Assembly (NCBI GenBank): GCA_964645605.1
Contig: CAZYCE010000002.1
Coordinates: 3,256-67,255 of the forward strand
Length of the DNA: 64,000 bases
Source of the DNA: an uncultured Gammaproteobacteria bacterium
Lineage (GTDB): Bacteria > Patescibacteriota > Microgenomatia > UBA8517
Reading direction: 5' to 3'
Shown: piece after piece, positions 20,175-30,107 of the stretch
Layout: every line of letters begins with the position of its first letter
Numbering within the stretch: the first letter of the stretch is position 1
Notes under the pieces: generated by a model
The model's input: only the letters and a program-made list of their open reading frames with translations
Told to the model about the DNA's origin: nothing
Database searches by the model: none
Position numbers and translations under genes: made by a program

Positions 20175-23100
20175 TCAAGAAGACTTATTCTCGAGGATAT
20201 CGCCGATCTTCTGGGCAAGATTTTCGTCCCAATTAATTTTAAAGGGAAGCTTCACTTTCCTCCCGTCTTCAAAGACCAGAAATGCGTCGTGATTTCCAAG
20301 ATTTTCGATAAGAAAAGCTTTTAACCTTTTAAGTGAATTAACATCTGTCTCTTTCGAAACATTAATATATACTTCTCTCTGCTTTTTATCGCCTGCGCCT
20401 GTGATCGTCTCTATCGAGTCTACAATAATTCCGGGAGTCTCATCACGTATATCGACTTTACCTAACACTAAAAGAGGACGGCCCTCATTCCAAAAATCCC
20501 GAGTATCTTTAAATATCTTTGGGAAAACTACTACCTCGATAGTGCCGGTTCCATCATCAAGCTTTGCAAAGGCCATCTCGGCTCCAGATTTTTTTGTGGT
20601 AATTACACGTACCGCCGTAACAACCGCAGCAACTTTAACAGTACCTGTATGTACCTCGGAAGTTATTATTTCATTTATATTATGGGTAGATTGAAACTCG
20701 AGAGACCCTATTATTTCACTAATGGGCTTTGCGCTAAGAGAAAAGCCCATTAGTTGTCTTTCAAGTGATTCGAGTTCATCATCGGGAAATTCATCGATGT
20801 TTGCAACGGTTACAACGGTTGCAGCTTCAGTTTTTTTCAATTCACCCGTAGCAAAAAGGCCCTGTTGGGAATTGTTGCTCTTTGGTTTAGCCATCTTTTC
20901 CCTTACCGTATCCATGGCGGAGAGAAGTGCGGCTCTCTTTCCAAAACGAGACATGGCACCAACCTTAATCAGACTTTCTAATACTTTTTTATTAATTTTT
21001 CGATTATCGACTCTTCCAACAAAATCGGCAAAGGATTCAAAGTTTCCATCCGCTCGGGACGACAAAATTGAAGAAATAGCAGCTTCTCCCACATTTTTGA
21101 TTGCCGAAAGGCCAAACCGTATCGCCTTGCCTCCACGGGAACCTTCAACTTTTTCTATTGTGAACCCAATATCAGATTTATTAATATCGGGTGGTAGAAC
21201 TTTAATTTTCATACGTCTACATTCATTTATTGCAGCGGAGACCTTGTCTTTATCTCCGGATTCGGCAGTAAGAAGAGCTGTCATATATTCAACGGGGTAA
21301 TTCGCCTTCATATATGCCGTTTGGTAGGCAATCATTCCATAGCTTGCGGCATGGGCTTTATTAAAACCATAAGACTGAAAAGGCTCAAACAACTTCCATA
21401 ATTTTTCTGCAAATTCAGAAGTCTGACCATTTGAAATAATACCCTTAATAAACTTTTCCTTCTGGGCAGCCATTTCTTCCGGAATCTTCTTACCAACAGC
21501 TTTTCTAAATTTATCGGCTTCCTCCCAAGTATACCCGGCCAGGTCCAGCGCACAGAACAGGAGATCGTCCTGATAAACAATTAGTCCGTAAGACATTCCC
21601 AAAAATTTTTCCATCCTGGGATCAAGATATTTAACAAGTTTTGGATTATGTTTCCTTTTGATATATTCCGGAATCTGAGAGATCGGACCCGGTCGGTAAA
21701 GGGCCACCATAGCCATCAAATCCTCTATTCTGGTTGGTTTTAGCTCAACCAGGTATTTAGTCATTCCACCACTCGCAAACTGAAAAACGCCCATTGTTTC
21801 ACCAAGTGCAAGCATCTCAAATGTCTTTTTATCATCGAGTGGAATATTGCGAAGGTCTACTTTAATTCCAAACTGATTTTGCACGATATCCACAGCTGCG
21901 CCCAAGATTGACAAATTTCTTATTCCGAGGATGTCAAACTTGATCAATCCAACATCTTCACATGCATGCATTTCATATTGAGTAATTATCTTATCTCCGG
22001 AGGGTTCTTTTTGTACCGGCGAAAAATCAATAATTTCAGTCGGTGCAACCACAACCCCCGCTGCGTGAACAGAGACGTGTCTTGCATTGCCTTCAATTTG
22101 TAACGCTAAGTCAAGAATTTTTTTGGTATCGGGGTCTGTGTCGTACATGGTTCTGAGTTCGGGAACCTCCTCCAAAGCTTTATCTATTGTTATTGGAAAA
22201 CCCTGTCTGGGGGGAGGAATAATTTTGGCAATTTTATCTCCAATCGAGTAGGGATAACCCAACACTCTTGCAACATCTCTAACCGCAGCACGACTTAGCA
22301 TTCTCCCAAACGTGCAAATTTGGGCTACTTTTTCTTTCCCGTACGTCTTGGTGATATAGCCGATTATATCCTCTCTTCTGTCATCGGCGACATCAAAGTC
22401 AATATCGGGCGGGGATGGTCTATATGGATTTAAGAACCTTTCAAAAGGTAAATAATATTTAAGCGGGTTAACGGTAGTGATATTCAAAACATAGGAAACT
22501 AAACTTCCTGCCGCAGATCCTCTGGTGTTTGTAATGATTCCCTGATTATTGGCCCAATGTACTATCCCTCGGACAATTAAAAAGTAAGGTGCATAACCCT
22601 TTTTGCAGATAATATCCAGCTCATATTCAAGTCGGTCTTGAGCTTCTTTTCCCCCATCCGGTATTTTAACCAACAATCCTTCTCTGGCAAGCCTTCTAAG
22701 CTCCTGATCAGCTTTTACACCCTCAGGAAGATCAAAATTTGGGAAAAACCACTTTCCTAAAGTAATTTCCAAGTTGCACTTGTCCGCAATTTTTACGGTA
22801 TTTTCTAATGCATCCGGTGTTTCTAAAAAGAGTTTTTCCATTTCGCCGGGAGTCCTAATATAAAAAGTGGGGGCATCGATGTATCTCATCCTTTTGGTGT
22901 CATTCATTGTTTTACCAGTTGAGATGCAAACAAGAGCATCTTGTGCGAGAGCGTCCTCAGGTTTTATGTAGTGTGCGTCGTTTGTAGCAATGAGTGGAAT
23001 TCCAAAGTCCCTGCTCAATTTGGTAATACCTTTAATCCACTTTTCCTCAGAGTCTTTCATTTCGGTAAGATACGTTTTTACCTCTTGATCGACAGCCTTA

Positions 23101-23651
23101 TCAATCCATTTTTCATACTCGTGCTTTTGTATTTCTAAGTAATAATCATCTTTGAAAACATCAGCGTACCAGGAAGTAATTTTTTTTGCTTCTTCAAGAT
23201 TTTGACCAAGAATGGCTTGACCAACTTCACCCATTGGACAGGCAGATGTGCAAATTATCCCCTTGGAATATTTTTTTAGAAGCTCTCTGTCCATTCGAGG
23301 TTTGTAGTAATAGCCATCAAGTTGTGCAAAAGAGGAAAGTTTCATCAGGTTTTGATAGCCTTCGTGATTTTTTGCAAGAAGAATGACATGGTAATTTTTA
23401 ATCTGTCCCCTTGATGGTCTGTCCAATAAGCTGCCGGAAGTAATATATCCTTCCATGCCAACAATAGGCTTAATTCCTTGTTTCAAAGCTTCTTTATAAA
23501 ATTCCACTCCTCCGTACATAACCCCATGATCTGTTATAGCCAATGCTTCCATACCATTTTCTTTAACATAAGTAATGAGCTTTGGAATATTGCTCAAGCC
23601 ATCAAGAAGCGAATATTCCGTGTGAACATGAAGATGAACAAATTTAGACAT
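20175..23651 (-). CDS. dnaE: DNA polymerase III alpha subunit
   Basis: PHP domain (HLHVHTEYSLLDG), RGSAAGS, PPDIDFD, YGFNKAHA and an OB fold. Confidence 0.98.
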   Translation of the reverse strand: MSKFVHLHVHTEYSLLDGLSNIPKLITYVKENGMEALAITDHGVMYGGVEFYKEALKQGIKPIVGMEGYITSGSLLDRPSRGQIKNYHVILLAKNHEGYQNLMKLSSFAQLDGYYYKPRMDRELLKKYSKGIICTSACPMGEVGQAILGQNLEEAKKITSWYADVFKDDYYLEIQKHEYEKWIDKAVDQEVKTYLTEMKDSEEKWIKGITKLSRDFGIPLIATNDAHYIKPEDALAQDALVCISTGKTMNDTKRMRYIDAPTFYIRTPGEMEKLFLETPDALENTVKIADKCNLEITLGKWFFPNFDLPEGVKADQELRRLAREGLLVKIPDGGKEAQDRLEYELDIICKKGYAPYFLIVRGIVHWANNQGIITNTRGSAAGSLVSYVLNITTVNPLKYYLPFERFLNPYRPSPPDIDFDVADDRREDIIGYITKTYGKEKVAQICTFGRMLSRAAVRDVARVLGYPYSIGDKIAKIIPPPRQGFPITIDKALEEVPELRTMYDTDPDTKKILDLALQIEGNARHVSVHAAGVVVAPTEIIDFSPVQKEPSGDKIITQYEMHACEDVGLIKFDILGIRNLSILGAAVDIVQNQFGIKVDLRNIPLDDKKTFEMLALGETMGVFQFASGGMTKYLVELKPTRIEDLMAMVALYRPGPISQIPEYIKRKHNPKLVKYLDPRMEKFLGMSYGLIVYQDDLLFCALDLAGYTWEEADKFRKAVGKKIPEEMAAQKEKFIKGIISNGQTSEFAEKLWKLFEPFQSYGFNKAHAASYGMIAYQTAYMKANYPVEYMTALLTAESGDKDKVSAAINECRRMKIKVLPPDINKSDIGFTIEKVEGSRGGKAIRFGLSAIKNVGEAAISSILSSRADGNFESFADFVGRVDNRKINKKVLESLIKVGAMSRFGKRAALLSAMDTVREKMAKPKSNNSQQGLFATGELKKTEAATVVTVANIDEFPDDELESLERQLMGFSLSAKPISEIIGSLEFQSTHNINEIITSEVHTGTVKVAAVVTAVRVITTKKSGAEMAFAKLDDGTGTIEVVVFPKIFKDTRDFWNEGRPLLVLGKVDIRDETPGIIVDSIETITGAGDKKQREVYINVSKETDVNSLKRLKAFLIENLGNHDAFLVFEDGRKVKLPFKINWDENLAQKIGDILENKSS

Positions 23652-24258
23652 TTTGTTTTTCCTTTATAAAATCCCGTCCAACTTTTCTGGCGGCTTTATC
23701 AAGTTTCATATTTTTCTCTGCCTTATCCAATGTATCTTCTAGACTATCCCCTATGTTGTGCTTACTAATGCCGATGCTGACTGATATACCCCCATCAGCC
23801 AAATTAGAAATAATTCTTTGAGTAAAATCTTCAACAAAGGTGTCTCTCTTAGTTCCATCCCCTGTGACCTCCAACGCACCCGCAAATTCATCCCCACCTA
23901 TCCTTCCCAGAAGATCGGTGCTTCTTAATGTTGACTTCAGAAGCGAACTTCCACGGCGTAAGAGTTCGTTTCCCGCAGAATGTCCCATTTCGTCATTTGT
24001 TTTTTTGAGATCGTCAAAATCAAAAAAACAAACATAAATTTCTGAATTTCTTCTCTGGGAAGCCTTAGTGAGAATTTCAAATTGTTTTTCAAATTCCTCT
24101 TTGTTTACAAGGCCGGTTAGAGCATCTCTTGTAGCTCTATTCTCAAAATCTGAAATTATTTCTGCTATTTCGGAGACGGTTTTGCCTTCAATTTCCCTGC
24201 TCCAGTACTCTTTCCTATCTGAAAAACCATGTTCGAGTGTGGGCGTTGTTTCTGTCAT
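23644..24258 (-). CDS. Stand-alone diguanylate cyclase (GGDEF)
   Basis: [26 protein letters not shown], and an RSTD I-site five residues before an intact GGDEF. Confidence 0.9.
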   Translation of the reverse strand: MTETTPTLEHGFSDRKEYWSREIEGKTVSEIAEIISDFENRATRDALTGLVNKEEFEKQFEILTKASQRRNSEIYVCFFDFDDLKKTNDEMGHSAGNELLRRGSSLLKSTLRSTDLLGRIGGDEFAGALEVTGDGTKRDTFVEDFTQRIISNLADGGISVSIGISKHNIGDSLEDTLDKAEKNMKLDKAARKVGRDFIKEKQNV

Positions 24259-25559
24259 TTTTGTAATTCTTCAAGTATTTTTCTGCTGACCATGCTTGGG
24301 CTGCCTTTCCCGTTCAGTTTCTTTTGTACCATACCCATCAAAAATCCTACAACCTCTCCTTTGCCGTTCTTGTAATCAGTGACTGCTTTTTTCTGCTCTC
24401 CGATAACCTCCAAAACCGCCACCAATGTGTCAGCGTCTGAAGCATACTCAACTTTTGTTAATTCGATAATTTTTCTGACAAAACTTCCAGGTTCAGGGAA
24501 CCCCGCATCCAGTTTCTTATTAATCATCAAATCCGCGATCATTTTAGCGGATAATCCCGATTCTTTTCCGAGCTTAACCGACGTCTCAAAGTAATCAGAT
24601 CGGGACATATCACTCACAAATATTTCAACATAGTCATTGGGTAATCCGTAGTCCTCGAGAAACCTAGTTCTCTTTTCCCGGGGAAGCTCCGGAAGGGTGT
24701 TTTTAATTTTATCTATTTCCTCGTCGGTAAATTTCATTGGAGGCAAATCGGGTTCAGGAAAATATCTATAATCTTTAGCGCCCTCCTTGCTTCGCTGTAA
24801 ATAAGTTACTTGTTTTATCTCGTCATAACCGCGAGTTTGGGATTCTATCTTTCCGCCCCTGGAAAGAATTTCTTCTTGTCTTTTAATTTCTGCATTAATT
24901 GCCTTCTCCAAAAACCTAAATGAGTTAATATTTTTAAGCTCAACTTTGTAATCGGGAAGCTTTCCGTCTGGCGAAAGAGATATGTTTGCCTCCAATCTCA
25001 TGGACCCTTTTTCCATATCCGCGTTGCTGATTTTCAAATATCTGGCAACCATTTGAACTTCTTTCAAAAACCTAATAATAGAAATTGTGTCATGAAAGTC
25101 TGGTTCAGTAACCATTTCCATCAAAGGAACCGAACTTCTGTTAAAGTCTATTAGTGATGATTTATCTCCTTCGATTGTCTCATGGACAAGTTTCCCCGTA
25201 TCTTCCTCCAAATGTATCCTTGTGATCCTTTTATCTTCAAACATACCTCCAACACAAAGGGGTAAATCATATTGGGAAATCTGGTAACCTTTGGGTAAGT
25301 CGGGATAAAAATAATGTTTTCTATCAAATTTGCTAGAATTATTAATTTTTGATCCGAACGCTAAACCGAATAGAATGGTACTTTTTACAGCTCTCTTGTT
25401 AATATAGGGAAGTGCTCCGGGCAATCCCATGCATACAGGACAAACTTGAGTATTGGGAACTTTTCCAAAATGATCGGCCGGACAGGAGCAAAACATTTTG
25501 CTTTCAGTGGATAGCTCAATATGTATTTCAAGACCGATTATCGGAATGTGTTTATTCAT
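24255..25559 (-). CDS. gatB: Asp/Glu-tRNA amidotransferase subunit B
   Basis: [31 protein letters not shown] and [12 protein letters not shown] motifs. Confidence 0.97.
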   Translation of the reverse strand: MNKHIPIIGLEIHIELSTESKMFCSCPADHFGKVPNTQVCPVCMGLPGALPYINKRAVKSTILFGLAFGSKINNSSKFDRKHYFYPDLPKGYQISQYDLPLCVGGMFEDKRITRIHLEEDTGKLVHETIEGDKSSLIDFNRSSVPLMEMVTEPDFHDTISIIRFLKEVQMVARYLKISNADMEKGSMRLEANISLSPDGKLPDYKVELKNINSFRFLEKAINAEIKRQEEILSRGGKIESQTRGYDEIKQVTYLQRSKEGAKDYRYFPEPDLPPMKFTDEEIDKIKNTLPELPREKRTRFLEDYGLPNDYVEIFVSDMSRSDYFETSVKLGKESGLSAKMIADLMINKKLDAGFPEPGSFVRKIIELTKVEYASDADTLVAVLEVIGEQKKAVTDYKNGKGEVVGFLMGMVQKKLNGKGSPSMVSRKILEELQK

Positions 25560-25568
25560 GGCACAATT

Positions 25569-26813
25569 CTAACCCATCAGAAAATTATTCCCAAATTTTT
25601 TTGAGAGCATATACACTCCCAAAACAAAAATTGATATTAAAAGTAGCAGTGATTTAATCCCCAAAATTTCTACCATAGAACCTGAAAATACAACCGGAAT
25701 AACCGAGACCACCGTTACCATAAAAGTGAAATTTCCAAAAACACGACCTCTCAGTCCTTCTGGGGTAGATTCTTGTAAAAAAGTCTGTGAAGGCACTAAA
25801 ATTCCCACAAAACTAAACCCCATAGCCATGATTAGCAAAGATGAGAAAACCACGCGAAGGGTATAGGAAAATAATGGGGTCAAAAACGTCAAAAGAAGCA
25901 TAGATATACCTATTGCCAAAAGTGAAGTGTCAATTATTGTCTTTTTCCTAAAACCGCGCTTAATTTTTTTAGGAAGAGACAGTGTGCCAAGAATAGCCCC
26001 TATTCCTGCTGGAACCAATATGAAAACACTGGCGGCATTGAGAGGAATTCCCAAAATGTTTTTAGCCAGAATAGGAAACTGCACAATAATTACCTGCAGG
26101 GCTACCTGAAAGCCCATCAAAAGTAGCACAGGCGTTAAAACTTTTCTTTCATTTTTAATAAATTTATAACCTTCAAAAATATGTTTAAAGAAACTGAGAA
26201 CCGCTTCCTCAAATTTACCGGATATTAATTTTTGAGGTTTAAACCTCGGTAAAAACAGGGTACTTAGAGAGGCAACAAATAGAAAAATTGAACATAAAAA
26301 CAAAGTGTTTCTGAAACCTAAGAATGTGTTCAAAAATCCGGCCAGCCCGAAACCCAAAACCAGTGAACCCTGCTGGGTAATAAAAAACAAGCTATTTCCA
26401 TGAATCAATTCTTTTTTGTTTAAAACCGCAGGTAGAGTTGATGTTTCGGAAGGAACATAAAACTGATTCAGGAATGAATAGATAAAAGCAACCCCGTAAA
26501 GCAGGAAAGTGCTTGAATTGAAGGCCAGGGCGTAGAGTAAAATCGTTAAAGACTGAAGTAAGTTTGTAAAAACCAAAATTAGTTTCTTGTCAACAAGATC
26601 GATAAGACCCGAAGCAAAAGGTCCGATTAAAATTGCGGGCATTGCATATGCCACCCATAAAAGCGAAGTAGAAATAGCCGATCCTGTAATCTCATAAAGC
26701 CTGATCAGAATCACGAAATTCATCATGTTTATTGTCAGCTGTGAAAAAATTTGCGAGATCCATATATAAACAAAAGATCTATTTTTTATTATTGATTGAT
26801 ATTCAAGTAACAT
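25569..26813 (-). CDS. MFS transporter (H+ antiporter/macrolide-efflux-like)
   Basis: About 12 hydrophobic segments; motif-A-like GLIDLVDKK and LQESTPEGLRGRVFG. Confidence 0.85.
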   Translation of the reverse strand: MLLEYQSIIKNRSFVYIWISQIFSQLTINMMNFVILIRLYEITGSAISTSLLWVAYAMPAILIGPFASGLIDLVDKKLILVFTNLLQSLTILLYALAFNSSTFLLYGVAFIYSFLNQFYVPSETSTLPAVLNKKELIHGNSLFFITQQGSLVLGFGLAGFLNTFLGFRNTLFLCSIFLFVASLSTLFLPRFKPQKLISGKFEEAVLSFFKHIFEGYKFIKNERKVLTPVLLLMGFQVALQVIIVQFPILAKNILGIPLNAASVFILVPAGIGAILGTLSLPKKIKRGFRKKTIIDTSLLAIGISMLLLTFLTPLFSYTLRVVFSSLLIMAMGFSFVGILVPSQTFLQESTPEGLRGRVFGNFTFMVTVVSVIPVVFSGSMVEILGIKSLLLLISIFVLGVYMLSKKFGNNFLMG

Positions 26814-26816
26814 ATT

Positions 26817-28220
26817 TCAAAGATTGGGTAAGGTTGGTTTGTAGCCGGTTTCCTCCTCAAAAAGATTACCTAAACCGAAAAGTATAGGTTCGGAATACTT
26901 GGGGCCTAAAAGCTGAAATCCGAGAGGGAGACCTTCCTTACTAAACCCGGCCGGAATTGCAAGTCCGGGAATGCCTGCTAAATTTGCCGGTGCAGTAAAA
27001 ATATCTGCCAAATACATTTTAAGAGGATCTGACGTTTTTTCTCCTAGTTTGAAGGCGGGGTTTGGGGAAACGGGTGCCAAGATTGTATCAACTTTCTCAA
27101 AAGCGTTATCAAAATCTTCAATTATTTTCGATCTTACTTTTTGTGCCTTTAGGTAATAGGCGTCGTAATATCCGGCTGAGAGAACATAAGTGCCCAACAT
27201 TATTCTTCTTTTCGCCTCTGCACCAAAGTTGGGCCTACCCTCCCCGTACCTAATTCCATCATATCTGCCCAGATTTGAGGATACTTCAGCCGGCTGAACA
27301 ATATAATAAACAGAAATGGCATATTTGGTATGAGGAAGATTAATCTCAACAAGTTCCATTCCGGCTTTTTCAAAAACTTTTGATACCTCTATCACTTTTT
27401 CGGAAACCTCTTTGTCAACTCCGTCAACAAAATATTCCTTAGGTATTCCTATTTTCATTCTAGATTTAACTGTCTTAAATTCCGGGTTTATAAGCGTGCT
27501 GTCCAAACCGTCTTCTCCTTTTGTAACATTAAAAACCGTTTCAACATCGGAAACGGACCTTCCAAAACTTCCGACACAGTCTAAAGATGAAGCCATCGCA
27601 ATTACTCCATATCTTGAAACCACACCATAGGTAGGTTTGAGCCCTACCACTCCACAAAAATTTGAAGGCTGTCTTATTGAGCCACCCGTGTCGGTTCCCG
27701 TAGCCACTAAAGAAAGTCCTGCAGCAACAGAGGCTGCCGAACCGCTACTGGACCCTCCCGGAACATAACCTTTTTTCCAGGGGTTTTTGGTTGAACCAAA
27801 ATCCGAATTCTCGCCACTTGCGCCATGAGCCCATGCGTCACAGTTTGTTTTACCAATCGTAATTCCTCCAGCTTCATTCATTCGCTTAACAACCGTTCCT
27901 GAATAAACCGGAACATAGCTCTCAAGAACTTTTGACCCAGCAGTTGTTCTCACTCCTTTAGTCAAAAACAAGTCCTTATGGGCAATTGTGGCACCAAGAA
28001 GAGGATACTTTTTCTCAATATCCGACCCTGTTAGCGAAATTAATTTATCAATCTCACCTGCTTTTTGGTAAGCCTCCTCGTCACTTATGGTAATAAAAAC
28101 ATTTAGATCTTTATTTGCTTCAATCCATCCAAGATATTCGTCAACGAGTTCGGTTGCGGAAAATTTCTTATTGATAAGTCCGTCACGTGTCTCTCTTATA
28201 GTCAGCGGAGTATTTGTCAT
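26817..28220 (-). CDS. gatA: Asp/Glu-tRNA amidotransferase subunit A
   Basis: Amidase signature PGGSSSGSAA...GTDTGGSIRQP and SSNLGRYDG. Confidence 0.97.
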   Translation of the reverse strand: MTNTPLTIRETRDGLINKKFSATELVDEYLGWIEANKDLNVFITISDEEAYQKAGEIDKLISLTGSDIEKKYPLLGATIAHKDLFLTKGVRTTAGSKVLESYVPVYSGTVVKRMNEAGGITIGKTNCDAWAHGASGENSDFGSTKNPWKKGYVPGGSSSGSAASVAAGLSLVATGTDTGGSIRQPSNFCGVVGLKPTYGVVSRYGVIAMASSLDCVGSFGRSVSDVETVFNVTKGEDGLDSTLINPEFKTVKSRMKIGIPKEYFVDGVDKEVSEKVIEVSKVFEKAGMELVEINLPHTKYAISVYYIVQPAEVSSNLGRYDGIRYGEGRPNFGAEAKRRIMLGTYVLSAGYYDAYYLKAQKVRSKIIEDFDNAFEKVDTILAPVSPNPAFKLGEKTSDPLKMYLADIFTAPANLAGIPGLAIPAGFSKEGLPLGFQLLGPKYSEPILFGLGNLFEEETGYKPTLPNL

Positions 28221-28532
28221 TTATTTATCAGTCCTTCCTTCCAAAATAGCTTTAACTTTAAAATAGCCGTTGTAAATCTTGTCGCTACCCGAAAGCGACT
28301 CTTCTTGGGTTAACATGTTTTCACCATTAACCACATCAATTCTGTAGACGTCTTCCAGTCCGGTTGTCTGACTTGTGGGTTCAGTATTTTCTGTATTTAC
28401 TTCTGAAAGTTCACTAAAATGATTAAGCACGTTGGAAAGCTGGGGAGTAATTTTTTTTATTTCATCTTCGCTTAGGTCCAATTTCGCCAGTCGAGCAATA
28501 TGTAAAATCTCTTCCTTTGTTAGCTTTGCCAT
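28221..28532 (-). CDS. gatC: Asp/Glu-tRNA amidotransferase subunit C
   Basis: HIARLAKL...EVNTENTEPT...GYFKV; directly upstream of gatA. Confidence 0.93.
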   Translation of the reverse strand: MAKLTKEEILHIARLAKLDLSEDEIKKITPQLSNVLNHFSELSEVNTENTEPTSQTTGLEDVYRIDVVNGENMLTQEESLSGSDKIYNGYFKVKAILEGRTDK

Positions 28533-28575
28533 GTCTTAGGTAATAATATCGCCAAAGCATAATTTTAACAAGAAG

Positions 28576-29499
28576 TTAAGCCATCGTTTTTAAAACTTTT
28601 ATACGCTCAGGAATGGGGGGATGAGTATTAAATAAATTTGTCAGCCAGGAAACATTTTTTCCTTTAACTTTAAAGGGATTACTGATATAAAGATGTGCGG
28701 TTGCTTTATTCACTCCCCTGAGCGGTGTAGGATCTTCCGAAATCTTCTCTAAAGCAGAAATTAAACCCTGTGGTTGCCTTGTGATCTCAACCGAACCGGC
28801 ATCTGCCATAAATTCACGCCTGCGGCTTATGGCAAGCTGAATTAATGTTCCGACAATAGGTGAAAGAATTGCAAAAACAATCCCTAAAAGAAGAAGAATT
28901 GAAACGGCGTTTCCCTCCCTGTCGTCACGTCCCCTTCCCCAAAACATCGACCTGGTAAACCAGTCGGCTAAAAGAGTGACAAGTCCAATCATTACAGCAA
29001 CAACCGACATAAGCCTCGTATCAAAATTTTTGACATGAGTCATCTCGTGGGCGATCACTCCCTCCAGCTCAGTCCTGTTCAACTTTTCCAAAAGTCCGGT
29101 AGTTACACATACTGCGGCATGGGACGGATCCCGACCCGTTGCAAAAGCATTTGGTGAAGGATCGTTAACTACATATAATTTCGGCTTGGGAAGTCCTTGC
29201 CCAATGGCAATATTTTCGGCCACGGTATAAAAATCAAAATCCTGTCTTCTGTCAGCCGGGCGTGCCCCTGCAATACCTAAAATAATTTTATCGGAGTAGT
29301 AATAGCTAAAAAAACTTGAAATTCCGCTAACTATTAGAGCAATTCCCACATAGCCAAAGCCACCGGCTTGATACCCGGAATTGTAAGCAAGTGCGTTAAT
29401 GAGGATGTAAGTGGCCGCAAAAACAAAGGCTATAAATATAGCCACAATCAAGGAACTTTTAATTTTATTGGCGGTACGAACCTCGTAAATATTTTTCAC
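28576..29499 (-). CDS. htpX: HtpX-like M48 zinc metalloprotease
   Basis: PNAFATG, AHEMTH, SRRREFMAD and THPP motifs. Confidence 0.94.
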   Translation of the reverse strand: MKNIYEVRTANKIKSSLIVAIFIAFVFAATYILINALAYNSGYQAGGFGYVGIALIVSGISSFFSYYYSDKIILGIAGARPADRRQDFDFYTVAENIAIGQGLPKPKLYVVNDPSPNAFATGRDPSHAAVCVTTGLLEKLNRTELEGVIAHEMTHVKNFDTRLMSVVAVMIGLVTLLADWFTRSMFWGRGRDDREGNAVSILLLLGIVFAILSPIVGTLIQLAISRRREFMADAGSVEITRQPQGLISALEKISEDPTPLRGVNKATAHLYISNPFKVKGKNVSWLTNLFNTHPPIPERIKVLKTMA

Positions 29500-29519
29500 A
29501 ATATTCGAACAGGCTTTGC

Positions 29520-30107
29520 TTACAGGTTTACTTTCGGAGTTTTTGTCTCTGACTCCGCTACTTTCAGTTCAGGACCTCCCTGGGGAGTTTCTAAACCTTT
29601 CTGTTTTTCAAAACGGAATATTCCTGCAACAACACTACTTGGAAATGTAACCATTTTAACATTATAGTCGGCCGTCAAGTCAATCAAAAGTCGTCTGGCA
29701 TACATTACCTTGTCAGATGTGTCCCTAAGTTCTTCCATAAGATTTTTGACAACCTCACTGGCCTTGATTTCAGGGTTACTCTCGACAACTACCTGAATTT
29801 TAGGAAGTACGTCCGAAAGCATTTTGCCCGCATCAGCCATGTTTTTAATATCGCCCGATTCAACTGCTGAAGAAATAGCTTTCCTGGCACTTGTCAATTC
29901 ATCAAAAATTCCTTTTTCGTGTTTAAGATAGCCCTTTACCGAGGCTTCTAAATTTGGAATGAGTTCAGACTGTCTTTTGAGTTGATTTCCGATCTCCTGG
30001 ATAGAGGCACCGATTCTGGTTTTTGCACTTACAAAAAAGTTGTAAGTAGAAATTACCCACAAAACTAAAATAACTGCAATTGCTAAAAGAATATAAATTA
30101 AATTCAT
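29520..30107 (-). CDS. lemA: LemA family protein
   Basis: N-terminal transmembrane helix; QLKRQSELIPNL, ESNPEIKAS and YN..TFPS; typical pairing with htpX. Confidence 0.9.
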   Translation of the reverse strand: MNLIYILLAIAVILVLWVISTYNFFVSAKTRIGASIQEIGNQLKRQSELIPNLEASVKGYLKHEKGIFDELTSARKAISSAVESGDIKNMADAGKMLSDVLPKIQVVVESNPEIKASEVVKNLMEELRDTSDKVMYARRLLIDLTADYNVKMVTFPSSVVAGIFRFEKQKGLETPQGGPELKVAESETKTPKVNL

